Shown here one piece after another: positions 1-9,301 of a stretch of DNA of 64,000 nt. A program made the translations under genes and the position numbers. How positions within the stretch are numbered: position 1 is the stretch's first letter; each line of letters opens with the position of its first letter. This DNA comes from a phage, in sequence record PZ452602.1; one strand, 5' to 3'. The notes under the pieces are model-generated. The model was not told the origin of the DNA. It saw only the letters and a program-made list of their open reading frames with translations, and made no database searches.

Positions 1-2
1 CC

Positions 3-128
3 GCAGGAGGTAGATGTAATATTCGTGGTCAAGGATCTGAATACGATGGCGGAGCTGCTGGTTATGCCGTCATAGGGTCTACACCGACATGGCAAAACGT
101 TGGAGCAATATATGGTCCAAGAGTATAA
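3..128 (+). CDS. 3' end of late gene immediately upstream of holin t (gp38 tail-fibre adhesin position), partial
   Basis: Frame-3 ORF open from window edge to TAA at 126-128; glycine-rich C-terminus ...GQGSEYDGGAAGYAVIGSTPTWQNVGAIYGPRV; position 5' of t as in T-even gene order 37-38-t. Confidence 0.45.
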   Translation, partial: AGGRCNIRGQGSEYDGGAAGYAVIGSTPTWQNVGAIYGPRV

Positions 129-158
129 TTTGAATAAATATCCTTAAAAGGAGGGTCT

Positions 159-815
159 ATGGCAGCACCTAGAATATCATTTTCGCCCTCTGATATTCTG
201 TTGGGTGTTCTAGATCGCTTGTTCAAAGATAACGCTACCGGGAAAGTTCTTGCTTCCCGGGTAGCTGTCGTAATTCTTTTATTTATGATGGCGATTGTTT
301 GGTATAGGGGAGATAGTTTCTTTGAGTACTATAAGCAATCAAAGTATGAAACATACAGTGAAATTATTGAAAAGGAAAGAAATGCACGCTTTGAATCTGT
401 CGCCCTGGAACAACTCCAGATAGTTCATATATCATCTGAGGCAGACTTTAGTGCGGTGTATTCTTTCCGCCCTAAAAACTTAAACTATTTTGTTGATATT
501 ATAGCATACGAAGGAAGATTACCTTCAACAATAACTGAAAAATCACTTGGAGGATATCCTGTTGATAAAACTATGGATGAATATACAGTTCATTTAAATG
601 GACGTCATTATTATTCCAACTCAAAATTTGCTTTTTTACCAACTAAAAAGCCTACTCCCGAAATAAACTACATGTACAGTTGTCCATATTTTAATTTGGA
701 TAATATCTATGCTGGAACGATAACCATGTACTGGTATAGAAATGATCATATAAGTAATGACCGCCTTGAATCAATATGTGCTCAGGCGGCCAGAATATTA
801 GGAAGGGCTAAATAA
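159..815 (+). CDS. t: holin T
   Basis: 218 aa; MAAPRISFSPSDIL... matches T4 holin length and sequence as recalled; strong SD aaggaggg 7 nt upstream. Confidence 0.95.
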   Translation: MAAPRISFSPSDILLGVLDRLFKDNATGKVLASRVAVVILLFMMAIVWYRGDSFFEYYKQSKYETYSEIIEKERNARFESVALEQLQIVHISSEADFSAVYSFRPKNLNYFVDIIAYEGRLPSTITEKSLGGYPVDKTMDEYTVHLNGRHYYSNSKFAFLPTKKPTPEINYMYSCPYFNLDNIYAGTITMYWYRNDHISNDRLESICAQAARILGRAK

Positions 816-1088
816 TTATTTGTTCGTATACATCTCTAGATATCGATATACACCCTCAAAACCCTCGTTGAATTCGTCGATGAGGGTTTTCTTATCTTCT
901 TGGGTTAATTCAGAAACAATTTTACGGAATGAATTCTGATTTAATTTTCTACCTTCATGCGTTACTCCAATCTCATTTAGAAATGCAATAAAATTAGCAC
1001 GATTCTCAACAATATCTTCTCTGGAAAATTTAATCAAAATAGACGCAACAGTAATAATTTCACGAACTGTATCAATGTTTTTATTCAT
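816..1088 (-). CDS. asiA: anti-sigma70 factor AsiA
   Basis: 90 aa, MNKNIDTVREII...; length and sequence as recalled for T4 AsiA; convergent with t. Confidence 0.9.
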   Translation of the reverse strand: MNKNIDTVREIITVASILIKFSREDIVENRANFIAFLNEIGVTHEGRKLNQNSFRKIVSELTQEDKKTLIDEFNEGFEGVYRYLEMYTNK

Positions 1089-1099
1089 TAACTATACCA

Positions 1100-1252
1100 C
1101 TCAATTAGTTGACTTTGTTATAATATCATCAGACGCTTGATTTGTAAACTGGTCTGTGTTATTTTCTTCAAAAATTTTTTCTACGAATTCCTTGAACGAC
1201 TCGCGTTCCTGAGCTGCATTATGCTCGATTACCTTTTCAAGATTATGACTCA
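1100..1252 (-). CDS. small hypothetical ORF (about 50 aa)
   Basis: Hand-read minus-strand ORF MSHNLEKVIEHNAAQERESF... starting at ATG overlapping arn stop; below 60-aa track threshold; coordinates approximate. Confidence 0.3.
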
Positions 1253-1528
1253 TTCGAAATAATCTTCAATTTCGTAATCATGGACGTAAATCATTATAGT
1301 TTTTAATATATCATCAATACTTTTTCCTGGAGTTGGAATTACGTAAAAATATCCTGCTTTTGAGAGGTCTTTATAAGTTCCAACCAAGAAATCATTATTC
1401 TCGAGATGTAATTCTTCAACTAATTCATTAACAATTGAATGGTATAAATTTGGTAGAAACTTATATAGCTTTTCTAGAATATCAATTTTGATTGTATATT
1501 GAACCACAGATTGAGAATCAATAATCAT
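1250..1528 (-). CDS. arn: anti-restriction nuclease Arn (McrBC inhibitor)
   Basis: 92 aa, position between asiA and motA as in T4; acidic C-terminus. Confidence 0.7.
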   Translation of the reverse strand: MIIDSQSVVQYTIKIDILEKLYKFLPNLYHSIVNELVEELHLENNDFLVGTYKDLSKAGYFYVIPTPGKSIDDILKTIMIYVHDYEIEDYFE

Positions 1529-1611
1529 AGACCTTCCCCTTATGTTTCTGTTTGCGATTAGATTCTTTAAACGCTTTCTTCTTATCTTTATGGACAGAAG
1601 CTTTATTAAAA

Positions 1612-1830
1612 TTATGTTTTGCGACTAAATTGTTCATAATTCTGAATTACCTCTCTTAAACATTTGCATGTGAATGAAAACTTTTTAGCTACACCACATT
1701 CAAATATATGTTCTCTTAAATCACGTGTGTCAGTATATCCCATCTCAACGATAAAATGCCGTATTAGATTTTTATCTTTATCATTGAGAGAATTAAAATA
1801 GTCAGATTTTGAATTAATTTCCCTGGCCAA
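1612..1830 (-). CDS. hypothetical early protein
   Basis: 72-aa ORF, tightly packed with neighbours; Cys-containing. Confidence 0.5.
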   Translation of the reverse strand: MAREINSKSDYFNSLNDKDKNLIRHFIVEMGYTDTRDLREHIFECGVAKKFSFTCKCLREVIQNYEQFSRKT

Positions 1831-2110
1831 ATTGAATCACCTTCAGTTGACGTTTTAGCTCTTTTATCATTTCTTCGTTCATCGCAATATAAAGATCGCG
1901 TAAAGCAGGTTTTAGCATGTCATTTATTATAGAACTAAATGGGCATACATAATCTTTTCCTACAAGCTTTTTGGTGAATTCCATATCACAGAACTTAAAT
2001 CCCGGCTCATTGGTATAAATTCCCCAATTAGTTGACATCATTTTATTAGCATATTCCAGTGCCTGGATTTGATTCATAATTCCATCAATTTGAAACTTTT
2101 TAATATTCAT
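1814..2110 (-). CDS. hypothetical early protein
   Basis: 98-aa ORF, overlapping-stop packing. Confidence 0.5.
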   Translation of the reverse strand: MNIKKFQIDGIMNQIQALEYANKMMSTNWGIYTNEPGFKFCDMEFTKKLVGKDYVCPFSSIINDMLKPALRDLYIAMNEEMIKELKRQLKVIQFGQGN

Positions 2111-2571
2111 TAGTAAAGGTCCTCAGAGTAAAGTTCTTTTTCACTACCACCACGTTCAATACGTACTTGTCCAGCGTAAGTTGCAATAATCATTGCTTCT
2201 TCACGTGTCCAATAATTACTATATTGGTCAATAAACCCCTGGTCATCATCACAAACTTGCTGAGTCACTAATTGAGGTTTAACTATATCTAAAACTGCTG
2301 CCATATCTTTAGAATAATGACGAGCACCTGGAATAATAAGAGTTCGTCCATCTTTTAATTTAAAACGGTTGGCTGCGCAAACAATCCGTCGTTGATACTT
2401 TTGGTTTTCATCCCAGTATGCAGACTGCCAACAGATTTCAGGAACTTCTTTTAGAATATCTTCTTCTGTGCATTTATAACCATGCGCTTTAAATTTTTCA
2501 GCAAGACTTTCTGGAGTTTCACGAGATAAAGGAACATTCAGCATTTTTAAACGATTGATAAATGGGTTCAT
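2110..2571 (-). CDS. hypothetical early protein
   Basis: 153-aa ORF, start overlaps upstream stop. Confidence 0.55.
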   Translation of the reverse strand: MNPFINRLKMLNVPLSRETPESLAEKFKAHGYKCTEEDILKEVPEICWQSAYWDENQKYQRRIVCAANRFKLKDGRTLIIPGARHYSKDMAAVLDIVKPQLVTQQVCDDDQGFIDQYSNYWTREEAMIIATYAGQVRIERGGSEKELYSEDLY

Positions 2572-2897
2572 TTAAACCATCCTTTAATACGTTGCCACAA
2601 AGTTTTCTGTTGAGCTTTGTTAACACCAATTGAGCGAATAACTGGTTGAGATTCCTGGAATTCTTTATAATCAGCAAGGTAAATTTCGTAAGCTGCATTT
2701 GTAAATGAACTTATCGCTGCCATAAAATTATTGCGAATACCTACTGGAGCATCTTTACTTTCACGAATAATCATGTATTTACCAGTCTTAATCTTTACGA
2801 TAGTTCCAAGATAAGCTCCATGATACCAGATGTCCCAACCCTCTTGAGTAGGTTCTGCACAACGACGAAGTTCATTAACAATTTCTAACTTGTTCAT
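2568..2897 (-). CDS. hypothetical early protein
   Basis: 109-aa ORF, 4-nt overlap with downstream gene. Confidence 0.55.
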   Translation of the reverse strand: MNKLEIVNELRRCAEPTQEGWDIWYHGAYLGTIVKIKTGKYMIIRESKDAPVGIRNNFMAAISSFTNAAYEIYLADYKEFQESQPVIRSIGVNKAQQKTLWQRIKGWFK

Positions 2898-2907
2898 TAT
2901 TTATTCC

Positions 2908-3543
2908 TCACAGTTCAGATGCTACAGCGATTACTGCTTCAATGTTTTCTGCCGAGCGTTTAATGTCAAGATACACATTACCGTTTTTAGCGATTTTACA
3001 TGACATTCCGATGTCAGTAAATTTCTGAATATGATGTTCCATCATTTTATATCCAAAAATTCGCATATTTCCATTGTTGTTAATTTCAAAATTACGAATT
3101 CCGTGAGTGCGTTTTTCTAAAATAGCGAGATAGTTACTGCGATAAGTTTCGACCTTTTTAAGAACAAATCCATTTTCATCTAAAAGTTTTAACATGAGGT
3201 CTTTATCTTCTTCCATATCGGAAGTAATCTCACGGGCTTTACGAGTTGCTCGCTTTTTCAGCAGTTCTGGAGCATTTTCCTGCGCGTATAAAGTTGCTGC
3301 ATTTGAAATAATATCCTGAGCTTCACCTGTAATGATTAATCCATCACCAGATTTCTCCACCAGGCCTTTTTTGATTAATACCCCAATATTACTATTAACT
3401 ACTGCGTTACCTAAATCTGGATGCACCTCACGAACTTCTGCAGCTGTAATGAAATCTTTCTTAGCAATAGTAATTAAAATCGCAGCAGTTTTTTCATTCA
3501 GAACATCGTTAGAAGCTTTGATGATGTAAGTTACTTTAGACAT
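2908..3543 (-). CDS. motA: middle transcription activator MotA
   Basis: 211 aa, MSKVTYIIKASNDVLNEKTAAIL...; length and sequence as recalled for T4 MotA; early promoter just upstream. Confidence 0.92.
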   Translation of the reverse strand: MSKVTYIIKASNDVLNEKTAAILITIAKKDFITAAEVREVHPDLGNAVVNSNIGVLIKKGLVEKSGDGLIITGEAQDIISNAATLYAQENAPELLKKRATRKAREITSDMEEDKDLMLKLLDENGFVLKKVETYRSNYLAILEKRTHGIRNFEINNNGNMRIFGYKMMEHHIQKFTDIGMSCKIAKNGNVYLDIKRSAENIEAVIAVASEL

Positions 3544-3579
3544 TTTCTAATCTCCGTAATTCTGTATCAGTAGTTGATA

Positions 3580-3620
3580 GTTGTATAGTACCACAGTATG
3601 CTTTGGTTGTAAACCATTTT
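3580..3620 (-). promoter_or_regulatory. T4-type early promoter (-35 GTTTAC, 18-nt spacer, -10 TACTAT) with A/T-rich upstream element
   Basis: Minus strand reads TTTTTCACAAAATGGTTTACA-N18-TACTATAC followed by GGAGA SD and motA ATG; member of repeated cassette. Confidence 0.7.
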
Positions 3621-3633
3621 GTGAAAAAATTTT

Positions 3634-3664
3634 AAAATAAAAAGGGAGAGCCTCGGCTCTCCCT
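3634..3664 (-). terminator. rho-independent terminator hairpin (GGGAGAGCC-GAG-GCTCTCCC plus U-run)
   Basis: Perfect 9-bp GC-rich stem followed on minus strand by TTTTTATTTT; downstream of gene 52 operon. Confidence 0.7.
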
Positions 3665-3668
3665 AAAA

Positions 3669-3818
3669 TTACTGCATGACTGTGATAACTGTCATGATAA
3701 CACGTTGAATTCCGAACGCAAGAAGACCTCCTGCTACAGCTGGAACAACGCCTAAACCCGCTAGTAAAATGCTACCAGATACTAAGGCCGCACTCGTGAT
3801 ACCGATGAATGGACTCAT
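3669..3818 (-). CDS. small hydrophobic protein (49 aa), translationally coupled to gene 52
   Basis: Hand-read ORF MSPFIGITSAALVSGSILLAGLGVVPAVAGG...; ATG overlaps 52 stop (ATGA); below track threshold. Confidence 0.5.
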   Translation of the reverse strand: MSPFIGITSAALVSGSILLAGLGVVPAVAGGLLAFGIQRVIMTVITVMQ

Positions 3819-5143
3819 TTGATTTCCTCTAAATCTTTGGTGTATTCGGTAACTACATCAGTAGTTTTCCAATATTCGTTTTCTTCTTTTTTAGCTTTAG
3901 CTTCTTCAGCAAGTTTCTTCGCTTCATCGGAAGTCATATGAAAAATATTCATTCCAACTAGTTTATCAACATAAGAAGAATACATATCGATTTTCGAAAG
4001 TTCTTCGGTCAGTTCTTTACGAGTTTTACCCTGTACAACAATTTCACCTGAAATTACTTTCTTAATGAAATGTGCTTTGGCAAAGGCTAAACGAAAAGCT
4101 GATTCAGTTTCTTTGATTTTGTTATCAATTCGTTTTTGGACATAAGTTTTACGAACTTCAACAAAGTCTTTAATTAAATCAACTACGTTATCGTAAACTT
4201 GTAGTTTTCCTTTCTCATTAATAACCGTAATATTCTGGGAACGACGCTCAATCAACCCGAAGTCTTTCATAATTTTTGCATGGCGTTCTTCTTCATTATC
4301 GCTCAAAGAATATTCTTTACGGAATTTAACTTTGAATCCAAAACCATGCTCACCACAAGCATCATCCCATGTAATGAAGCCTTTATCTTCAAGTGGGTCT
4401 AAGATTTTACTCACATAAGTTTCACGATCATACTTATACGGAATCTCAGTGATATGCATTTGAGTTCGTGAAGTAAACTTGTATGTTCCACGAATTTCAT
4501 ATTGACCGTCAATCTCAACGACTTCACCACGAAATTCTGGGAATTCTACCTTCGGTTTAGTTACTTTCTTTCCTTGAAGAGCTTGTAATACAGCTTTCTT
4601 GACAGAAGAAACACTATGAGGAAGAATGTAAGTTGCATAACCAGTTGCAATACCGGAAACACCATTAAGAAGAACAGTAGGAATAATAGGCAAATAGAAA
4701 GCAGGCGGAATGTGTTCTTTATCTTGATGTACCGGAGCATATTCAGTATCTTTATATACGTTATAGAAATTTTTACTTACACGAGCAAAAATATAACGAC
4801 TTGCTGCTGCTTTTTGAACGGTACGAGAACCAAAGTTTCCTTGACCATCTAACAGAGGAAAGTTATTGTTCCAAGTGTTAGCCATCAAAGCACCTGCGTC
4901 TTGTGCAGAGTTTTCGCCATGGTGATATCCAAGGTCCGCTACACCACCTGCAATAGAAGCAAGTTTGTGAAACTTATCTTTATTTCCTCGTGCCAAATCA
5001 AGAGCTCGAGCAATAACAAATCGTTGAACTGGCTTAAATCCGTCAATCATATTTGGGATAGCACGATTTTCAACCGTGTACATAGCATAAGCCAATGCTT
5101 CATTATCAATGATACTTTTTAAATCGCGATTATTCAGTTGCAT
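3815..5143 (-). CDS. 52: DNA topoisomerase II medium subunit gp52 (GyrA-like)
   Basis: 442 aa, as recalled for T4 gp52; GyrA-like N-terminal sequence FKPVQRFVIARALDL. Confidence 0.95.
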   Translation of the reverse strand: MQLNNRDLKSIIDNEALAYAMYTVENRAIPNMIDGFKPVQRFVIARALDLARGNKDKFHKLASIAGGVADLGYHHGENSAQDAGALMANTWNNNFPLLDGQGNFGSRTVQKAAASRYIFARVSKNFYNVYKDTEYAPVHQDKEHIPPAFYLPIIPTVLLNGVSGIATGYATYILPHSVSSVKKAVLQALQGKKVTKPKVEFPEFRGEVVEIDGQYEIRGTYKFTSRTQMHITEIPYKYDRETYVSKILDPLEDKGFITWDDACGEHGFGFKVKFRKEYSLSDNEEERHAKIMKDFGLIERRSQNITVINEKGKLQVYDNVVDLIKDFVEVRKTYVQKRIDNKIKETESAFRLAFAKAHFIKKVISGEIVVQGKTRKELTEELSKIDMYSSYVDKLVGMNIFHMTSDEAKKLAEEAKAKKEENEYWKTTDVVTEYTKDLEEIK

Positions 5144-5147
5144 AAAT

Positions 5148-5288
5148 TTACCATACTAGTGAATGTAGTGCCATAATAACATCAGAAATGAAAAGCACGA
5201 CTTGAATTAATCCGAACATTATTCCGTAATATAACACTATCAATAAAATAACAAGGGTTAATGAATAGCCCAAGATTTTCTTAATCAT
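5148..5288 (-). CDS. small membrane protein (about 46 aa)
   Basis: Hand-read ORF MIKKILGYSLTLVILLIVLYYGIMFGLIQVV...; ATG overlaps ac stop; coordinates approximate. Confidence 0.4.
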   Translation of the reverse strand: MIKKILGYSLTLVILLIVLYYGIMFGLIQVVLFISDVIMALHSLVW

Positions 5289-5436
5289 TTTTTGAACCGA
5301 TACAAGCGAATAATGATAAAACTGCTAATGTCCCTTGAGCTGTTGACTGCAAAAATACTGAAGTTTCTCCAGTTATTATTGTTCCGGCGAATGAAAAGGA
5401 CCAACAGAAAAAGGCTATACCATTAACAAATTTCAT
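5281..5436 (-). CDS. ac: small membrane protein, Ac-like (acridine sensitivity) by size and position
   Basis: Hand-read 51-aa ORF MKFVNGIAFFCWSFSFAGTIITGE... with SD gaggaaaat; between stp and 52 as in T4. Confidence 0.45.
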   Translation of the reverse strand: MKFVNGIAFFCWSFSFAGTIITGETSVFLQSTAQGTLAVLSLFACIGSKND

Positions 5437-5446
5437 ATTTTCCTCA

Positions 5447-5524
5447 TTAGCGTCCGAAGACGCCTTTAGTTTTAAAATTATTACGATAGAACTGCATCAC
5501 ATGTTCGTTATGGAAATTACTCAT
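5447..5524 (-). CDS. stp: Stp peptide (activator of host PrrC anticodon nuclease / anti-restriction peptide)
   Basis: Hand-read 25-aa [28 protein letters not shown], near-identical to T4 Stp as recalled; ATG overlaps ndd stop. Confidence 0.8.
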   Translation of the reverse strand: MSNFHNEHVMQFYRNNFKTKGVFGR

Positions 5525-5982
5525 TAATATGCCTGCAAAACGAATTTAAAGTTATCAGCCAACATACGGTTCATTTCTTCAAGTGTTTGATACTCAGAAT
5601 GATGATTACGAGTAAACGCTAAAGCTAACTGACCTTTACCAAATCCCGTCGTCAGAGGTTTCATCTTAGAAGCAGGCAGATAAAATACTGTGTATGCCAT
5701 ATTGTTATTTGCAATAGTACGCGCAAGCTGAGACCGGCGTTGACGAATATGACTTAGAACTGCGCTGAATCCTTGCTTAGAACGCTGATTACCAACATAA
5801 AATCGTGCAGACACACATGGATTACTAAATGGACGACCATCTAATTTGCTCACTAAAAAGTAAAATCCAGGTTTAGATAAAATGTCTTTATGTGGAGTTC
5901 CCAAAAACCACTCACCGCCCTTGATTGTACCAATAACAGTAGCGCCTGCATTATTCAGATCAGTAACAGTCATATATTTCAT
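5524..5982 (-). CDS. ndd: nucleoid disruption protein Ndd
   Basis: Track ORF 5524..6036 trimmed to internal Met ([13 protein letters not shown]...), giving about 152 aa as recalled for T4 Ndd. Confidence 0.85.
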   Translation of the reverse strand: MKYMTVTDLNNAGATVIGTIKGGEWFLGTPHKDILSKPGFYFLVSKLDGRPFSNPCVSARFYVGNQRSKQGFSAVLSHIRQRRSQLARTIANNNMAYTVFYLPASKMKPLTTGFGKGQLALAFTRNHHSEYQTLEEMNRMLADNFKFVLQAY

Positions 5983-6040
5983 ATTAATTTCCTCTAAATT
6001 ATTTTCTACTCCAAGGCCGCATGAATACGCGGCCATTAAA

Positions 6041-6256
6041 TTAATCGTCGCAGTCGACGCTCAATTCCCAAAACTCTTCTACGGTATAAGTTTCAGTATC
6101 ATTTTCAATACAGAAACGTTCATTACTGTTATTTGCTAAAGTAGCGTTAACTGTCGGTTTCTCGCTAGTGCTCTTAAGAGGTGAAATACGAATTAACTGA
6201 TCACCGTTATCTAAACAGAAAATTTCACCAACTTTTACATCTTTAAAACTTTTCAT
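6041..6256 (-). CDS. hypothetical early protein
   Basis: 71-aa ORF between ndd and denB. Confidence 0.5.
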   Translation of the reverse strand: MKSFKDVKVGEIFCLDNGDQLIRISPLKSTSEKPTVNATLANNSNERFCIENDTETYTVEEFWELSVDCDD

Positions 6257-6371
6257 AATTCACCTCAAGGAGTATAAAATCCAAATGCAGTTGTTGACCA
6301 TCCCATCCAATATGGAAAATTTGCACCAATGTAAAACATAAGAATATAAAACCAAATGTTTAGTAAATTCA

Positions 6372-6568
6372 TTATTTTACACCATTCCAAATTGTTTCAA
6401 CCACAGATTTTAAACCATTTTGATGAATATCAATTCCGACTACTGTCATCAAATAGATTCCAACTACAACTGAACCCAAGGCAAAAATTAGCATGAAAAT
6501 GAATAAAGCCGGAAAAATATTATCGAAAAACCATTCAATAAATGTAAAAGCACTGCGTTTACGCTTCA
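6372..6568 (-). CDS. small membrane protein
   Basis: Track ORF trimmed to Met with SD (MKRKRSAFTFIEWFFDNIFPALFIFMLIF...); one predicted TM helix. Confidence 0.5.
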
Positions 6569-6576
6569 TATTTTCC

Positions 6577-6690
6577 TCACATAAATCCAAAGTAAACGTT
6601 TAATACATCAATCATTAAAACGATTGGGAATATACTCAAAACTATTAGTATTATAACTACATTCCATATAGCTTTAACAATCTTTTTCAT
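6577..6690 (-). CDS. small membrane protein (37 aa)
   Basis: Track ORF 6577..6825 runs through a promoter; real start likely MKKIVKAIWNVVIILIVL... after GGAGGA SD. Confidence 0.45.
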   Translation of the reverse strand: MKKIVKAIWNVVIILIVLSIFPIVLMIDVLNVYFGFM

Positions 6691-6714
6691 TTTCTGTTCC
6701 TCCGTAGTTGATAG

Positions 6715-6752
6715 GGTAATAGTACCACGGAAGAACAGTCTTGTAAACAACT
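6715..6752 (-). promoter_or_regulatory. T4-type early promoter (GTTTAC-N18-TACTAT)
   Basis: Minus strand GTTGTTTACAAG-N-GTGGTACTAT then CTACGGAGGA SD; cassette member. Confidence 0.65.
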
Positions 6753-6933
6753 TTTTTAAAAATATTCGTAATAAATGTGAATACCAACTACTACCGCTGA
6801 AACCTGTGCAACCCACCACGCACAAGCAATAAGTACAGAATTCAAAATTTTCATAATAACCTCATTACAAAAGTAAATGTTAAACAAATTACTGGAATAC
6901 TAATTAACCAAACAAAACACCACCACAGTGAAC

Positions 6934-7197
6934 TCATAGTTCAATCTCAGCGATTTTCATTTCATTACTATTAATAGCCGCTTTAAGACTATCTGAAAGA
7001 ATTACATTCCAATGGTCATTCATATGACCATTAACTAAACGTGTAATTTCTTCAGGAGTTGAAAAATAAGGCGTATCAGACTCCCAATGCGATAGTCCCA
7101 AGCGAGTATAAATCATACCTTCATCATCGCTAGAATATTCAACTGACACAAACTCATCAGTTATTTTATGTTTAGCGTAATAAAATTTAAATTTCAT
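6934..7197 (-). CDS. hypothetical early protein
   Basis: 87-aa ORF with GGAGGAG SD, directly downstream of early promoter. Confidence 0.55.
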   Translation of the reverse strand: MKFKFYYAKHKITDEFVSVEYSSDDEGMIYTRLGLSHWESDTPYFSTPEEITRLVNGHMNDHWNVILSDSLKAAINSNEMKIAEIEL

Positions 7198-7219
7198 TTT
7201 TACTCCTCCGTAGTTGATA

Positions 7220-7258
7220 AGGTAATAGTACCACAGTCCTTGTGGTATGTAAACCGTT
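7220..7258 (-). promoter_or_regulatory. T4-type early promoter (GTTTAC-N18-TACTAT)
   Basis: Minus strand CGGTTTACATACCACAAGGACTGTGGTACTAT; cassette member. Confidence 0.65.
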
Positions 7259-7270
7259 TTGTGAAAATTT

Positions 7271-7828
7271 TTAAATGGAAAGATACCATCCGTTGTAGTT
7301 GCTTTTTCTTACAACCTTACGAAGGTCTTCTCTATCACCGATGAACTTCGGAGTGTACTGGATGACACCTGGGTGAATTTCTTTAGTGTTGAATATAATT
7401 ATACAGTCAGCGACTTGATGATTTAGAATGGGCCCTAGATTTATTCCAGAACCGTATGGATACTCTCCGCTGTATCCTGTCGTTACTGAAATCCATCGAG
7501 AGTCAGTTTGGTGTGTTTTAACTTCTACCCGAAGCCCGCAGTATTTTGGATGTGCTAAAACATCCCATGCATATGTATACGGATCATCGACGTCTTCTTG
7601 ACCTTTGTTAACATACCCGCTTAGCCAATCTGCTACAAAAAATTCTGCGTACACAGCGATACGACATCTTTCAATAACTTCTGCTTTATCCTGGTTCGGG
7701 TTTTGTTTTAAAGAGTATCTTGCTGTATCAGCAATTTTGACCTTCATTTCACTAGTCAAGTCACTGTTCGATAGGGTAAATGTCGGAATCTGAAATAGTC
7801 TCTGTAAACCCGGATTCGTTTTCTGCAT
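7271..7828 (-). CDS. denB: endonuclease IV DenB
   Basis: 185 aa and position between ndd region and rIIB as in T4. Confidence 0.75.
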   Translation of the reverse strand: MQKTNPGLQRLFQIPTFTLSNSDLTSEMKVKIADTARYSLKQNPNQDKAEVIERCRIAVYAEFFVADWLSGYVNKGQEDVDDPYTYAWDVLAHPKYCGLRVEVKTHQTDSRWISVTTGYSGEYPYGSGINLGPILNHQVADCIIIFNTKEIHPGVIQYTPKFIGDREDLRKVVRKSNYNGWYLSI

Positions 7829-8090
7829 TTAGACTTTCCTTTTTACCGCTGAGATAGGCGTTATATACTTTAAGAGTGCCATAATAAATTCGGTCATTTT
7901 CATCTAAAGACTCGAGGTCAAGCTCATCGAGCTCCTTTTTATCCATGACTATAACATCATTACAGTAAAGAAACCCAAGTTTTTCGTGACCAAACTCAAA
8001 TTTATTACAGTACACAATATTAGCGTGATGATTTCCGTGCAGTTTAATCTCTTTTATGTCGGAATCACCGATATTCATACAATAAATCAT
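7761..8090 (-). CDS. hypothetical protein (overlaps denB 5' end; true start may be internal)
   Basis: 109-aa ORF; HGNHH motif noted. Confidence 0.45.
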   Translation of the reverse strand: MIYCMNIGDSDIKEIKLHGNHHANIVYCNKFEFGHEKLGFLYCNDVIVMDKKELDELDLESLDENDRIYYGTLKVYNAYLSGKKESLNAENESGFTETISDSDIYPIEQ

Positions 8091-8101
8091 AATTTTTCCT
8101 T

Positions 8102-8130
8102 AAAACAAAAGGGCCGAAGCCCTTTATTTT
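8102..8130 (-). terminator. GGGC-UUCG-GCCC hairpin flanked by U/A runs (bidirectional terminator-like)
   Basis: + strand aaaacaaaaGGGCCGAAGCCCtttatttt; UUCG tetraloop on minus transcript. Confidence 0.6.
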
Positions 8131-8323
8131 ACTTGAATTGTGCAATTCTTTTCTCTAAACAATCTGCATAAGATTTCATTGAGATAAACTGTGAAAGCAG
8201 TAATTCTTGCTCAACTGCACTAACCGTTAGAAACTTTGCGCTTTCTAAAAATTTGCTCAGTGCATTAATTTTGAGCATTAATTGATCGTATTCTTCTTTT
8301 ACTCGTGCTTGATAACCTAACAT
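8129..8323 (-). CDS. hypothetical protein
   Basis: 64-aa ORF between rIIB and terminator hairpin. Confidence 0.5.
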   Translation of the reverse strand: MLGYQARVKEEYDQLMLKINALSKFLESAKFLTVSAVEQELLLSQFISMKSYADCLEKRIAQFK

Positions 8324-8351
8324 AATTTTCCTTAGTTAAGGGCCGAAGCCC

Positions 8352-9290
8352 TTATTTAAATTGTTCAGTAACGTCTTCAACTACTTCGTATTGGCAGGTA
8401 CGCATTTTAGCGTCGTTGTAATCAATCGGAATTGATACTACATCGCGAGGATGAACTTTAACTTTTACAACTCGGCTGGTTGAACCACCGAAGTGACGAA
8501 TATAAGATTTAGAACACACATGCAGACCACGAGAACAAGTTTGTGTATCATCGTCATTCACACGAGTACGCGGCATTTTAACTACTTTACCAGGACTGTT
8601 ATCAAAGGTATTTGAGTGACAGTCAAAGTAATTGCTGCGAACTACTTTCCAAGCATAGAAGTAACCATCTTCTGTAATTTCAATATCGTTTGCTACCAAG
8701 AAATCAAAAAGTCGAGATACCGCTTTCTGGCTTGGGTTTTCCAGCAGATTTTCCAAGAACGGAAAATAAAATTCAAAGTTTTCGCCTTTTTCCATCGAAT
8801 CAAGAATACGATCAACCAAACCAGACCGCAATTCAATATTTTGATAGAATAAGCTTCCACCTTCAATTCGAACATCGCCGGAAATATATTTTTCAACAGC
8901 GCGACGAACATTAATTTTTTGTGCCGCTTCTTCCAGCTTATCCGCTACAAGCAGATTGAGAATTTCCTGGAAGTTTGAATGAGTATTAGGTGTTGCATTA
9001 TAAGTTACACCATCGACAGTAATCGAAATGAATTTTTTAGATGCATTCCAAATAATGTCAGATTTAGTAACTGGAGCAATAACTGCATCGCTATTAACTT
9101 TAACTGTAATATCACCGCTAATAGTAACTTTAGAGCGTTTAGCTTCTTCAGCATTTTTCAAAACACGACGGATTGTATCAACCGATACACCTTGCCAATC
9201 AGCCAATTCCTGCTGAGTATAATTACCGCTTGAATACAGTTTAACAATTTCAGCTTGTTCGTTTTTGGTCAGGCATTTAATATTGTACAT
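8352..9290 (-). CDS. rIIB: rIIB protein
   Basis: 312 aa, immediately downstream of rIIA; length as recalled for T4 rIIB. Confidence 0.93.
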   Translation of the reverse strand: MYNIKCLTKNEQAEIVKLYSSGNYTQQELADWQGVSVDTIRRVLKNAEEAKRSKVTISGDITVKVNSDAVIAPVTKSDIIWNASKKFISITVDGVTYNATPNTHSNFQEILNLLVADKLEEAAQKINVRRAVEKYISGDVRIEGGSLFYQNIELRSGLVDRILDSMEKGENFEFYFPFLENLLENPSQKAVSRLFDFLVANDIEITEDGYFYAWKVVRSNYFDCHSNTFDNSPGKVVKMPRTRVNDDDTQTCSRGLHVCSKSYIRHFGGSTSRVVKVKVHPRDVVSIPIDYNDAKMRTCQYEVVEDVTEQFK

Positions 9291-9301
9291 AATTTTCCTT
9301 A

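Noticed and set aside
126-158. Late promoter for holin t (TATAAATA)
   Set aside because: Only an imperfect AATAAATA is present about 20 nt upstream of the ATG; not reported as a feature.
3332-3529. Plus-strand ORF-track entries embedded within well-supported minus-strand genes (for example 3332-3529, 4616-4852, 4901-5122, 8616-8914, 8979-9233, 12528-12794, 13101-13391, 19242-19466, 19923-20138, 29623-29853, 36175-36360, 42384-42767, 44066-44463, 50385-50609, 51235-51890, 54486-54815, 56992-57258, 60903-61142, 61436-61666, 62297-62512)
   Set aside because: They lie antisense to, or out of frame within, conserved enzymes (gp52, rIIA/rIIB, gp39, Dda, gp41, gp43, gp46, gp47, NrdD and others), lack SD sequences, and have low-complexity translations; judged to be frame artefacts.
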